Virus record (IMG/VR): IMGVR_UViG_3300025161_000006
Coordinates: 18,060-82,059 of that record
Length of the DNA stretch: 64,000 nt
Reading direction: 5' to 3' (one strand)
Origin: a virus
The translations under genes and the position numbers were made by a program. Below are positions 1-9,601 of this stretch, piece by piece. Each line of letters starts with the position of its first letter. Positions within the stretch are counted from its first letter, which is position 1. Under the pieces are notes generated by a model. It had not been told where the DNA came from and ran no database searches. It was given only the letters and a program-made list of their open reading frames with translations.

Positions 1-359
1 TCAATAAACACAGTGCACGTATGGTACCTGAAGATGCCACTCTGGAATGGCTCAATGCTCAGATTAAAGATGCTATTGATAATGATAGAGCAGGTATTCT
101 TGATACTATTCGTGACACTAATTATGATATGAAGCTCTTTATTGCCAGGGCTGTAAGGATTGGTGCTATTCAGAAGTATGGTGTTAACTCATACTCTATT
201 CCAGGTATGGGTGTTAAGTATACTCTTGCTGAGTTTGTTCCTTATATGAAGCAGCTGGAAGATACGACAGATGATATATATCTGAAGATTAAAGCACAGG
301 TAGATATGGCTTTAGGCAATAAGAAGGCACATACTACAACTACTAAAAAGAATGAATAA
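1..359 (+). CDS. C-terminal part of a conserved crAss-like virion-module protein (gene directly after the major capsid gene), truncated by the window edge
   Basis: Frame is open from position 3 with no stop before the ATG at 21. Position just upstream of the ring-protein gene fits crAss-like gene order. Confidence 0.55.
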   Translation, partial: NKHSARMVPEDATLEWLNAQIKDAIDNDRAGILDTIRDTNYDMKLFIARAVRIGAIQKYGVNSYSIPGMGVKYTLAEFVPYMKQLEDTTDDIYLKIKAQVDMALGNKKAHTTTTKKNE

Positions 360-1180
360 TGGCAGGAATGACTGCATCCCAGATGATGTATGAAGCTAAG
401 GTTATCTATGAAGCCTTAGCTTCAGCTGATGCTCGTGGATATACCAACAGAGAGTGGTCTACTTTGCTAACTCAGGCACAGGAAGATGTGGTACTTGAGA
501 TATGCACAGAAGGCATAGATAGAGATGAAGATAACAGAAGGAGTATAGCTAACTTGCTGCATAGCTTGAAAGTATCTAATGCAGGATATTCCACTGATGG
601 AACTGCTACAACATCAGCAGTTACACGTATAGCCACTTTTGGTGAATATCCTAATGCTTATCAGGTATCTATCATTGCAGCGTTAAATACTCCCCTAATA
701 ACAAATCATCTTATCACACTTAATGAAAGAGCAGAAGCTACATCATCTGGCATTACTTATGTTAACATACAGGTAGAACCTATTCAGTATGATTTCTACA
801 TGGCTAATAAGGATAATCCATTCAGAAAGCCAAGTAAAGAGTTATTCTGGAGATTAGAATATCCTGGCGGAGAGAACTTGACTGTACCAGGATATCCAAT
901 GAAAAGGATTATAATCACTAATGGATTTACTCTGTCTGCTTATTATATGGATTATCTGAGCAAGCCTGACCCAATCATTGTAGCTTCTTCTGACTATACA
1001 TCATCTATGTATATAGACGGTAAGCAATTATCTTTATATACAACCACATCGTTGGATTGTAAGCTGGACCCTATAGTACATAGAAGGATTGTTAAGAAAG
1101 CTGCTAAGTTAGCTTATGCTTATATGCAAGAACAACTTGGTTATCAGATACAAAATATTGAAGAACAAGATACTCAGTAG
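359..1180 (+). CDS. crAss-like tail ring / head-tail connector protein
   Basis: 273 aa. C-terminal PDPIIV...CKLDPIVHRRIVKKAAKLA and NPFRKP motifs resemble crAss ring proteins. Synteny agrees. Confidence 0.65.
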   Translation: MAGMTASQMMYEAKVIYEALASADARGYTNREWSTLLTQAQEDVVLEICTEGIDRDEDNRRSIANLLHSLKVSNAGYSTDGTATTSAVTRIATFGEYPNAYQVSIIAALNTPLITNHLITLNERAEATSSGITYVNIQVEPIQYDFYMANKDNPFRKPSKELFWRLEYPGGENLTVPGYPMKRIIITNGFTLSAYYMDYLSKPDPIIVASSDYTSSMYIDGKQLSLYTTTSLDCKLDPIVHRRIVKKAAKLAYAYMQEQLGYQIQNIEEQDTQ

Positions 1181-1195
1181 TAAAGCAAAGGTGCA

Positions 1196-1225
1196 TTGTT
1201 TTACTACTTAACTTTAGTATATTTG
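1196..1225 (+). promoter_or_regulatory. Bacteroidota sigmaA-type promoter (-33 TTG, -7 TATATTTG)
   Basis: TATATTTG at 1218-1225 matches TAnnTTTG, with TTG 19 nt upstream. Intergenic, ahead of the 523-aa gene. Confidence 0.65.
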
Positions 1226-1266
1226 CACTATAATTAAACCTATGTTTAACTCAAATAATTACAACA

Positions 1267-2838
1267 ATGGCAATTAACGAAAAAAATGCTACTTATGTGT
1301 TTGTAGCTAACTCTGATTTTACAGGAACTACGCTTGATGACCTTAAGGGTGTCAATAATAGTGGGAAAGTAGCTATTGTAGATGAGTCAGGAAGTGTTAA
1401 AACATCCAGTATAATTAGCGCTGATACTCTGGTAAGAGTTGCAGCTAATGTAAATGGTGTCCTGCATTTCTCTCCCTTCTTCAAACCTTCTCAAGCCACT
1501 ATTACATACCAGGCAGGGCAGGCTGCTCTACCACAGGTAACTCTTATAGGGCACAACGGTGGTTCTCTCAATGTGGGTATTGGCTCGATTGTTACAGGAA
1601 ATTATGTCCTGCGCATCTGGCTGAATAGCACACGTGGGGTGTATGGTACAATGCCTGTCATTAAGGATATTCTGTACTATGCAAACTCTTCTGTTGACAC
1701 TCAGGCAACAGTGGTTAAGAACATTGTAGATTCAGGTAATAGCATTTTGAAGAAAGGAGTGCTCTATCCTCAAATTGCTCTGGGTCGTACAGTTGATGGT
1801 GCTGGTGGTGCCAATACTATTAGTGCTATCTCCGGTATTAAGCTTGTCAAGCTCACCAAAGGTTCTACTACTGTGGGTGTATTCAATGTTAATTCATCTG
1901 GTGCTGTAGCTGCTACTGCCAGTGTGAGTGATGCAGCTATATTGACCATTCCTTCATATAATGGAAGGTCATTTACCTTCACTGCAAATGCTCTGGGTTC
2001 AGGTGCTGGACGTCATCTTATTTTCATTAATGATGAAACCATTAATGTGGCAGATGCTGGAGATGCCACGCAGAATGCTACAGCTATTGCTGCTGCTATT
2101 AATGCAGGTAGTAAGTATGCATCTGCAAGTTCTTCAACAAGTACTGTGACTATCACCCTGAAACCTAATGTATTTGCTGTAGTTCCTTCAGTTATTTACA
2201 CTGCAGATGATTCTACTTTCACAGCAATTGCAGTAAGTATTGCTTCAGGTGAGTCTAAAGCTACCAAAGCCATCATTAATGGTACTACTTCTTCAGCTGC
2301 AACCTTTGAACTTGACTTGCCCTGGGAAGGAGAGACCTGCTATGTAACTGTTGGTACAACTGAATCTTACTGTGCTGGCACTGTGAGTGTGAATGGTTCA
2401 GCCAACTGGGGTATTAAAGTATCAGGTTTGCCCAAGCCTATCTTTAATCCTGTCACTGATGAGCCTGATGTAGTTAATTTTGTAGCTACCCTGAATGGCC
2501 CTGGTATTTATGCTGCTTCATACAATGCTCAGAAGGGATTTGCTGGTATTGGAACATATCATCAGGTTGCTCAGGCTGAAGTATATTCTTCCTTCATGGA
2601 TGGATATATTGTCAACAGCTCAATGCCACCCACCAAATATCCCAACCTGGCTACAATCAATGCTACTAATGGACTTTACAATACCTTTGCTTTTGATGTG
2701 ACTACTCCAGGCTTTGTAGCACAGGGTGCTGGAATTAACGTAAAGAGCGGGTTTAGAGTGATGATAGCAGTTGATAGTGGACTGTTTGATTCGGGTGAAT
2801 CTGGTGCTGACATTAAGACTGTCTTTGGAATTTCCTAA
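1267..2838 (+). CDS. Structural protein, probable auxiliary capsid/decoration protein with an inserted Ala/Thr/Ser-rich beta domain
   Basis: 523 aa, rich in small residues. Has its own promoter and terminator (high copy number) and follows the ring-protein gene. Confidence 0.55.
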   Translation: MAINEKNATYVFVANSDFTGTTLDDLKGVNNSGKVAIVDESGSVKTSSIISADTLVRVAANVNGVLHFSPFFKPSQATITYQAGQAALPQVTLIGHNGGSLNVGIGSIVTGNYVLRIWLNSTRGVYGTMPVIKDILYYANSSVDTQATVVKNIVDSGNSILKKGVLYPQIALGRTVDGAGGANTISAISGIKLVKLTKGSTTVGVFNVNSSGAVAATASVSDAAILTIPSYNGRSFTFTANALGSGAGRHLIFINDETINVADAGDATQNATAIAAAINAGSKYASASSSTSTVTITLKPNVFAVVPSVIYTADDSTFTAIAVSIASGESKATKAIINGTTSSAATFELDLPWEGETCYVTVGTTESYCAGTVSVNGSANWGIKVSGLPKPIFNPVTDEPDVVNFVATLNGPGIYAASYNAQKGFAGIGTYHQVAQAEVYSSFMDGYIVNSSMPPTKYPNLATINATNGLYNTFAFDVTTPGFVAQGAGINVKSGFRVMIAVDSGLFDSGESGADIKTVFGIS

Positions 2839-2846
2839 TCTAAGTT

Positions 2847-2881
2847 AATAGGGGAAGCCCTCATGGGCTTCTCCTATTTTT
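2847..2881 (+). terminator. Rho-independent terminator
   Basis: AATAGGGGAAGCCC-TCAT-GGGCTTCTCCTATTTTT hairpin plus T-tract right after the stop at 2838. Confidence 0.85.
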
Positions 2882-2908
2882 ATCTATAACTAATTAAACA
2901 TTACTATC

Positions 2909-3430
2909 ATGAATATAGACAATATTCAGTTTGGTGATGGCATAGCAGTAAGGGGTAAAGCATGGCTTAGTAGGGCCATCAGGTACTTTATGAAGCAATA
3001 CAAACCAGGAGTTAAGGATTACAGTCATAATGCTGTAATCATCAATATGTGGGGAGAGAAGTGGGTTGCTGAGGCTCTTGCCTGGGGAGTAAGATTAAGA
3101 CCCTTTGCTTATACTGAATATGCCCATAGTACAAACTGGGTTATCTTAAGAGATAAGAGGGGGTTTACTGAAGAGCAGATTAAGCGTATGAGCTGGAAGT
3201 GTGCCAGTCTGGCAGGTGTAAGGTATCAATATGAAAATTTGCCTACATGGATAATCAGGATTTGGCTTAAACTGAACCTTTTCAAAAGGAGAAATGAGAA
3301 GTCAATATATTGTTCTGAGCTTCTTGCAATTGCAATAAATGAAGCACATCCTGGTACATTTAAAGCACCTAATGCTATGTCACCAGCTGACCATATTGAT
3401 AGTGAAGTGTATGATATAATAGAACAGTAA
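2909..3430 (+). CDS. Permuted papain-like NlpC/P60 (YiiX/YebB-like) hydrolase
   Basis: His motif YSHNAV precedes Cys motif IYCSEL, followed by a C-terminal SPAD. This is the permuted NlpC/P60 order. Confidence 0.8.
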   Translation: MNIDNIQFGDGIAVRGKAWLSRAIRYFMKQYKPGVKDYSHNAVIINMWGEKWVAEALAWGVRLRPFAYTEYAHSTNWVILRDKRGFTEEQIKRMSWKCASLAGVRYQYENLPTWIIRIWLKLNLFKRRNEKSIYCSELLAIAINEAHPGTFKAPNAMSPADHIDSEVYDIIEQ

Positions 3431-3433
3431 GTT

Positions 3434-3799
3434 ATGGAACAGTCGTTTTTAGAAGCACTAAGATTGGGAGCAATAGATATATTGCACTCTGTAAATACAA
3501 AATTTCTTGTATTGTTCATTGTTATTATGTTTTTATTTAATGAAGCTATCAATCATCCTGAACTATGTCAATGGTTAAATTGGCTTCAGAAAGTGCCTAC
3601 AAGTATTAGAGTATTTGTGTCTGGTATTTTACTTGCTATTATATTTGCATTATTAGAAGGCTATAGAGATGCTGACAATATAAGAAAGTTGTTCTATGCT
3701 ATAGTTGTTGGCATGGTGATATGGAAGTTAGGAGTTAGTTATTTGTTTGATGCAATTAAGCAATGGTGGAACAAACTATGGAGTAGGGTGATACAATGA
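3434..3799 (+). CDS. Membrane protein, holin candidate
   Basis: 121 aa, three hydrophobic segments, lysis-region context. Confidence 0.45.
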   Translation: MEQSFLEALRLGAIDILHSVNTKFLVLFIVIMFLFNEAINHPELCQWLNWLQKVPTSIRVFVSGILLAIIFALLEGYRDADNIRKLFYAIVVGMVIWKLGVSYLFDAIKQWWNKLWSRVIQ

Positions 3800-4230
3800 A
3801 AGATGTTGTTAAGATTATCATTGATTGGCTTAAGACAAGAAGTAAGAATACTCTGGTAACATTGACATTGATAACACCACTTGTGGTGTATATTTCAGTG
3901 CCATTGTTATTTAGAGTAAGATACAACACAAAGGATATTGAAGAGTTGAAGTCTAAGGTAGAGATAATAAGTAAGCAACTTGATAATCTATATACTAGTG
4001 TAACACTTTACAAAGTATCACATTTAACCTCTGTAGTGAACTATGTAGATAATGCAATTACAATAGCACAAACTGAAGTTCTACTTGAGGTTAAGACTGA
4101 ACTTGAACGTATTGCTGATAAGTCAAATACTAATAATTGTAATGTGCAATCTGAGCTTGATAGGTGGGAGAGGGCAATAATCAGGAAGAACAGGATTGAT
4201 AGCACTAAGGTAAATATGAAAATGAAATAA
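3796..4230 (+). CDS. Membrane-anchored coiled-coil protein
   Basis: One N-terminal TM segment then a heptad-like region. ATGA overlap with the upstream gene. Confidence 0.5.
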   Translation: MKDVVKIIIDWLKTRSKNTLVTLTLITPLVVYISVPLLFRVRYNTKDIEELKSKVEIISKQLDNLYTSVTLYKVSHLTSVVNYVDNAITIAQTEVLLEVKTELERIADKSNTNNCNVQSELDRWERAIIRKNRIDSTKVNMKMK

Positions 4231-4248
4231 AGTTAGGAGGAGTGTGTT

Positions 4249-4614
4249 ATGAAACATAGAGTTATTATTAAATGGGCTATATTCTTGGTTGGATTTATCA
4301 TTGCTGCTGTAAATTATGTTAATGCAGGAGTATTTGAGCTAATCATAAAATCCGATGGTTATCAGCAACTTGCTGGTATTGGAGTAATGCCTGTAACAAG
4401 TAATGCTGGTACTATTGAAGATGGTATTTTAGCCTTAGGATTTATGCTCATCTATTCAGCATTGGGTGGCATAATTTCTGTGATGTCTGCTCAGATTTAT
4501 TTGTATATTTGTGAGGTCATAGGTATTAAACCTAACCTCTACAAATTCTTAATGGGAGAATCTGAAGATGAGCAGACTAACAATAAAAAGAGTAAAGATA
4601 AGAAGGCTAACTAA
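4249..4614 (+). CDS. Membrane protein (2 TM, charged C-tail), holin candidate
   Basis: Two hydrophobic helices and a highly charged C-terminus. Confidence 0.45.
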   Translation: MKHRVIIKWAIFLVGFIIAAVNYVNAGVFELIIKSDGYQQLAGIGVMPVTSNAGTIEDGILALGFMLIYSALGGIISVMSAQIYLYICEVIGIKPNLYKFLMGESEDEQTNNKKSKDKKAN

Positions 4615-4774
4615 GATTTTTATATTAGCTTTTGTACTTGGTAGCGCAGCGCAGATGTTCAAACCCTTACATATGGGGTGGTTATGTCAGATACTTAACT
4701 GGGTTGCTTTGATAGGAATCACAGTATCTGTTATAAGTGAGGTTGTAATTATAACCAGAAATAAAAAAGAGTAA
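4568..4774 (+). CDS. Small membrane protein
   Basis: 68 aa, basic N-terminus plus two hydrophobic segments. Fills the gap between neighbours. Confidence 0.4.
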   Translation: MSRLTIKRVKIRRLTKIFILAFVLGSAAQMFKPLHMGWLCQILNWVALIGITVSVISEVVIITRNKKE

Positions 4775-4775
4775 A

Positions 4776-5261
4776 ATGTTATGGCTGTATTTAATATTCC
4801 TGGCAAGTGTAATACTTAAAGCTTCAGGAGATGCACTTAAAGACGGTGCTAAGTTTGCAATTAGTACAGATACAAGATATAAGCTGTCTGCTACAGGACA
4901 TTTACTTATAGCTATCTGCATAGGATTACTTGTATTTGCTACTCTAATGCCATCACTTGGGATAGATGCTCTAAAGTATCATAATCTCATCTGGTGGCTT
5001 CTATTTTATGTGCTAATACATTTCTCTCTCTTTAATCCTGTATATAACATAACAAGGATGCTTATGCCGGGAAGTACTATAACATCTATCTATTACTCTG
5101 GAAATACATCAGCATTTGACAAGTTTGAGAATAGTCTGACAGAGAGGCTTAGAATACATCCAATGTACATATTCTGGATAAGAGTAGTAGGGAATTTCTC
5201 TCACGTTATGCTTGTTGTACAGATGTTTAACTCACAAACTATACTATTATGCCAGTACTAA
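4776..5261 (+). CDS. Multi-pass membrane protein
   Basis: 161 aa, 3-4 hydrophobic segments, directly upstream of the endolysin. Confidence 0.55.
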   Translation: MLWLYLIFLASVILKASGDALKDGAKFAISTDTRYKLSATGHLLIAICIGLLVFATLMPSLGIDALKYHNLIWWLLFYVLIHFSLFNPVYNITRMLMPGSTITSIYYSGNTSAFDKFENSLTERLRIHPMYIFWIRVVGNFSHVMLVVQMFNSQTILLCQY

Positions 5262-5710
5262 GTTCTGCATCAAAGCAAAAGCTTGCTCAATGTCACGAGG
5301 ACTTGCAGGCACTATTTAACACAGTAATACAGTATTATGACTTTACCATAGTGTATGGTCATAGACCTGTAGAAGAACAATTTCAACTATTCAAGTATGG
5401 GAGAAAGCTTGTTAATGGTGTGTGGGTAGTAGATGATAAGAGTAAGATTGTAACATATTGTGATGGCAAGACAAAGCTCAGCAATCATAACTACTATCCT
5501 TCCAGAGCTATTGATGTGGCTCCTTACCCTATTGACTGGACTGATGACCTATCATTTGCATACTTTGCAGGTAAGGTAATGGAGCTATATAGAGTATTAA
5601 AGAAAGAAGGAGTTATCAAGTCTAACATCAGGTGGGGAGGTGATTGGAATATTAATAGTAAGACAAAGGATGAGAGACTTGTTGATTTACCACATTTTGA
5701 AATTTATTAA
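5249..5710 (+). CDS. Endolysin, peptidase M15 family (L-Ala-D-Glu peptidase-like)
   Basis: GHR...SNHNYYPSRAIDV...WGGDW...DLPHFE zinc-peptidase motifs. Confidence 0.9.
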   Translation: MPVLSSASKQKLAQCHEDLQALFNTVIQYYDFTIVYGHRPVEEQFQLFKYGRKLVNGVWVVDDKSKIVTYCDGKTKLSNHNYYPSRAIDVAPYPIDWTDDLSFAYFAGKVMELYRVLKKEGVIKSNIRWGGDWNINSKTKDERLVDLPHFEIY

Positions 5711-5721
5711 ATTCAATCATT

Positions 5722-6297
5722 ATGGCAGTATTACAATTTTCAGCTCAGGAAAACACAGGATTAACCGCAATATCTTTTACAGATTTGAGTGCTTGGGGTA
5801 CTTCACCACTACCTGCAAGAAATAACCTTAGTGGCGCTGTATCTATAGTTATTGACGTATATTTACTTGATGGTACGCATGTAACAAGCCCTACAATAGA
5901 TGTGACTACCCAGGTAGCAAATAATACACTTACAAACTATCAGATTTTAGCATCAGCTATTAACTCTACATGGACTACTCTTTCACAAGGTGTATATTAC
6001 ATAAAGTTCTCTTATTCTACTTATATGACTGGTGGGATGGTGTATGTTATTCCAACAATAGCCAATAAGATTAACTCCCTTGCTACTGAGTTACCTACAC
6101 TTTATGATAAAGTAATTCATAAGGTAAGTCCTTATGATATAAATGAAGCTGCTGAGAAAATGGTTATTTACTATTTGTGGAAGGCCATGCTTTACTCGCA
6201 ACAAGCACTTGCTTATACCGGAGCATTGCCTAATCCTGTAGAGCAACAGAATGTATTAAGGTATATCAATACATACTTAGAATCTAAAAATTATTAA
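5722..6297 (+). CDS. Structural protein (possible tail hub)
   Basis: 191 aa, beta-rich N-half and helical C-half, upstream of the second ring gene. Confidence 0.4.
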   Translation: MAVLQFSAQENTGLTAISFTDLSAWGTSPLPARNNLSGAVSIVIDVYLLDGTHVTSPTIDVTTQVANNTLTNYQILASAINSTWTTLSQGVYYIKFSYSTYMTGGMVYVIPTIANKINSLATELPTLYDKVIHKVSPYDINEAAEKMVIYYLWKAMLYSQQALAYTGALPNPVEQQNVLRYINTYLESKNY

Positions 6298-6299
6298 TT

Positions 6300-6593
6300 A
6301 TGGATTTACTAAGTTACTTTCCTAATATTGACAGAGATAAAGTTACAACTACAGTAGCAGCAGATAGTACTATGTATACTATGATAGCTACTGAAGTACC
6401 TACCTTTGCGAGTAAGACAGCTACTATGTTGTCATTTGCGTCATATCTGCACGACGTTACAGCTACAAAGTTAAACTTTGTATGTACTATGCAGATGATT
6501 GATGCTCTAATAGACTATTACACAAGTAGTAGTATATCAGAGGACAGTGCTAGAGAACTTAAAGATAAACTACAACTAATACTTGAACTATGA
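6300..6593 (+). CDS. Hypothetical protein (possible small tail hub subunit)
   Basis: 97-aa ORF, tightly packed. Confidence 0.4.
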   Translation: MDLLSYFPNIDRDKVTTTVAADSTMYTMIATEVPTFASKTATMLSFASYLHDVTATKLNFVCTMQMIDALIDYYTSSSISEDSARELKDKLQLILEL

Positions 6594-6916
6594 TAAAAAC
6601 TTATGACATAGTATCCTTCCTGCTAATACTGGCATTAGTAGCTTTGCTTGGTGATAGTATGCATGAAACTTGTCTTGAGAAAAAAGCTCATGCTGTCACC
6701 AAGCAAAAACTTGAAAGAGCCCTGGACACTATCACACTCTATGATGGGCAGATGTTGCTCATGTACAAGAAGTTACAAAGTAAAACTATCGAGTTAGTCA
6801 GTTTAAAGAGAGAATTAACCACATTAAAAAAGCATCAATATGTACAGGATACTATTAATCTTAGCCTTGATGATAGTACCGCTTTCAGGCAAATCACAGA
6901 GAGATACAATCATTAA
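6590..6916 (+). CDS. Spanin-like inner-membrane coiled-coil protein
   Basis: N-terminal TM plus coiled coil, overlaps the next gene. Confidence 0.45.
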   Translation: MIKTYDIVSFLLILALVALLGDSMHETCLEKKAHAVTKQKLERALDTITLYDGQMLLMYKKLQSKTIELVSLKRELTTLKKHQYVQDTINLSLDDSTAFRQITERYNH

Positions 6917-7250
6917 GGTAAATAACCATGTATGGTATTGCTTTGACGGGCAGACTATTGTGCAGATAAATGCAGATTTACATCGTAAGGATTATTGCCT
7001 GCAGAGAGAAGTATTACTAAATCAGCAGGTTATACTATATGATAGTCTGCTTAATGATTGCACAAGGTTACAGGCTCTTACTGCTGCAAAGAATATAGAA
7101 CTATCAAATCAAGTTGACACCCTGAATGTCGCAATTAATACATTAATAAGAGACAGCCTTATGCAAGTAAAGCAATATAAGTCTAAGGCTACAATATATA
7201 AGCTCACTTCAGCAGGATTATTTGTGTTACTTGTAATATCAATACTATGA
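6840..7250 (+). CDS. Spanin-like secreted coiled-coil protein with C-terminal TM
   Basis: Signal peptide ending GKS|Q, coiled coil and a hydrophobic C-terminus. No lipobox. Confidence 0.45.
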   Translation: MYRILLILALMIVPLSGKSQRDTIIKVNNHVWYCFDGQTIVQINADLHRKDYCLQREVLLNQQVILYDSLLNDCTRLQALTAAKNIELSNQVDTLNVAINTLIRDSLMQVKQYKSKATIYKLTSAGLFVLLVISIL

Positions 7251-7984
7251 AGACTAACATTTCACTCAATGAAATAGCATATGGATTCAGGGAGTTATAT
7301 AGAGCCAAGTTTAAAGATACAGACTCTCCGGACATAAGACTTGTTAAATACTGGGTGCAGGAAGTAAGAGCTAAGCTTATCAAACAAAAAGTTGATAAGC
7401 TTGGTATGTTTCAGATAGATGAGGTATTTGTACAGTCAATACCATCTACTCTGGAAAGAGTAAATAGTAGTCAGGTGAGCTTTGCTGGGCTTACTCTTGG
7501 TACTATAGACCCTGATATTTATCTCTACAGGACAGTGCGCAATATACCACAGGTTATAGAGAAGCAAGGTACTGCTGGTGTATTTACAAGGATAGGGCCA
7601 GAAAGAGGCTCACTTGGATATCTTATATTACCTTATGGACAGTGGCTTACTACAGGTTATGGAGCTTTCAACAGGCAATTTGTGTATGCTACCTACTTAG
7701 ATAGAAGAGTATATCTAAAGTCAGGTAATCCTTCTAACCTTGGCTCAATCACAGCAATAGAGGTACGTGGAGTATTTCAGAATCCTGTAGAAGCTGCTCT
7801 GATTGCTGACCCTACTTACACAGATGATGATGATTATCCCATCAGTCAAGCTATGGTAGATGACATTTATACTATACTCATGTCTAAAGAGTTCAAAGCT
7901 ACCTATGCTCAATTTGAAGATAAGACAGCTAACGCATCCAATGACCTTAGTGATGCTGGTACAAGAACTATTAAACAACAGTAG
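7247..7984 (+). CDS. crAss-like tail ring protein
   Basis: 245 aa, VRGVFQNP...DDDYPIS motif, upstream of the IHF-like and tubular genes. Confidence 0.6.
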   Translation: MKTNISLNEIAYGFRELYRAKFKDTDSPDIRLVKYWVQEVRAKLIKQKVDKLGMFQIDEVFVQSIPSTLERVNSSQVSFAGLTLGTIDPDIYLYRTVRNIPQVIEKQGTAGVFTRIGPERGSLGYLILPYGQWLTTGYGAFNRQFVYATYLDRRVYLKSGNPSNLGSITAIEVRGVFQNPVEAALIADPTYTDDDDYPISQAMVDDIYTILMSKEFKATYAQFEDKTANASNDLSDAGTRTIKQQ

Positions 7985-7986
7985 TT

Positions 7987-8517
7987 ATGCCTAAGTTTAA
8001 CTATGCTCCCGAGATAAAGATTAAAGACCTGTATAAGTATTACAAGGAGGTAACTAACAATCCTGTATCAGCGTCCTTGTATGGTAAAATACTATTTGAT
8101 TTCTTTGCAAAGAAGATGGATTATATACTTCATGAAGGGGGCATATTTCACATACCAGCAGGTATGGGTATGATATGCGTAACTAAGAATAAGTTTAATA
8201 TTAAACTTGATGACCAGGGCAATGTGATGAAGGAGAGGCTACTGGTAGATTGGAAGAAAACCTGGGAATTATGGGGTAAGCAATATCCTGGCAAAAGTTT
8301 GGAAGAGATTAAGAAGATAAAACACAAAAAAGTTGTATATTTGCTTAATGAACATACTGACAGTTATGTATGTGCTATAAGATGGGTAAAGGGTCATGCT
8401 TTTCTTAGAAATAAACTAGCATACTCATTCTTACCTATGAGAAGGCACAAAAGGAATTTAGCTAAAATAATAAAGTCTAAACCATCTGTAATGCTTAAAT
8501 ATTATGAAATCAGGTAA
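7987..8517 (+). CDS. crAss-type IHF/HU-like DNA-binding protein
   Basis: Basic 176 aa. FHIPAGMG, VDWKKTWELW, LNEHTD and FLPMRRHKRNLAK are typical of the crAss IHF-like family. Confidence 0.7.
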   Translation: MPKFNYAPEIKIKDLYKYYKEVTNNPVSASLYGKILFDFFAKKMDYILHEGGIFHIPAGMGMICVTKNKFNIKLDDQGNVMKERLLVDWKKTWELWGKQYPGKSLEEIKKIKHKKVVYLLNEHTDSYVCAIRWVKGHAFLRNKLAYSFLPMRRHKRNLAKIIKSKPSVMLKYYEIR

Positions 8518-8803
8518 AGTAAAACAAGTGTCAAGTGAAGATACTAGAGTGTCATACTCAGTAAGAAAAGGAGATAAGTCTGCTGATATAACCATTGAAA
8601 ATATAGAGAATGGTTATCTTGTTACTGTCTCAGAGTGGGATGATAAGAAGATGCGTAGCAATACCAAGAAGTTTTTCTCAAAGGAAGACCCGTCAAGTAA
8701 GATTGATGGGCTTAAATCTATTGAAGAGATAAATATAGATAGTATGAAATCTGTATTTAATAGTCCTATTGTTAATGCTCTGGAGAAGAGTACTAAAAAA
8801 TAA
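8504..8803 (+). CDS. Hypothetical protein
   Basis: 99-aa ORF in the operon. Confidence 0.55.
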   Translation: MKSGKVKQVSSEDTRVSYSVRKGDKSADITIENIENGYLVTVSEWDDKKMRSNTKKFFSKEDPSSKIDGLKSIEEINIDSMKSVFNSPIVNALEKSTKK

Positions 8804-8808
8804 AGAGT

Positions 8809-9600
8809 ATGTTAAATGGTAAGTATGTAGAAGTAAGTAGAATACTTGAGAATGTATCAAGAGACTTTGGGTTTCAACCACAAATACAGGATGTAGTTGA
8901 GTGGGTATGGACTATTGTCGGGTTGATTGGACTACCTGACAGTTTATATGATGATGCTGCTATTGTTGAGATAGAAAACTACAGGGGAGTATTGCCTGCT
9001 AACTTTTATGAACTTGCAGGAGAGGGAGCAGTCAGGGATTACTATTCTAAAGAGCCTCTTGTATATATGACCAATACAGCTAACTTACTTGATGCTAATG
9101 AGTCTGCTGGAACTGTTGTATATTCAGAACGTCTTGGTATACACAAAGATGAGAATGGTGTTGAGGATGATGTAGTACTTGTTAACCTTGTAAATGCATC
9201 ATCCAACGAAACTAACTCTTACAAGATAACTGGAGATTATATATACACAGGATTTAAAGAAGGCAAGATAGAGATGCAATATAAGGCATTTCCTGCCGAT
9301 GCAAATGGGCTGCCTCTTGTACCTGAAGACCCCCAGTATATACGTGCTGTTACAGACTATATAGGTGAGAGGATGGCATTCAGGGCTATGCTAAGAGATG
9401 AAATTTCAGAGAGGAAATATATGCTAATTAAACAGCAATATGCTTTCTCTATAGGTGCTGCAAGGACTAAGGGACTTATGCCTTCTATTGATAAGATGGA
9501 AGCTCTGAAGAACAGGTCTTACAGACTAATTAATACTAATACAGAACATAGAGGTTCATTTAAGTATATGGGTGACCCGCAGTTATTAAGACGTATCTAA
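8809..9600 (+). CDS. Tail tubular protein (P22 gp4-like ring protein)
   Basis: GFKEGKIEMQYKAFPADANGLPLVP motif, directly upstream of the stabilization protein. Confidence 0.75.
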   Translation: MLNGKYVEVSRILENVSRDFGFQPQIQDVVEWVWTIVGLIGLPDSLYDDAAIVEIENYRGVLPANFYELAGEGAVRDYYSKEPLVYMTNTANLLDANESAGTVVYSERLGIHKDENGVEDDVVLVNLVNASSNETNSYKITGDYIYTGFKEGKIEMQYKAFPADANGLPLVPEDPQYIRAVTDYIGERMAFRAMLRDEISERKYMLIKQQYAFSIGAARTKGLMPSIDKMEALKNRSYRLINTNTEHRGSFKYMGDPQLLRRI

Positions 9601-9601
9601 T

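Noticed and set aside
6840-7250. Canonical lipoprotein o-spanin or u-spanin call
   Set aside because: There is no lipobox Cys after the hydrophobic stretch, so it is kept only as spanin-like at low confidence.
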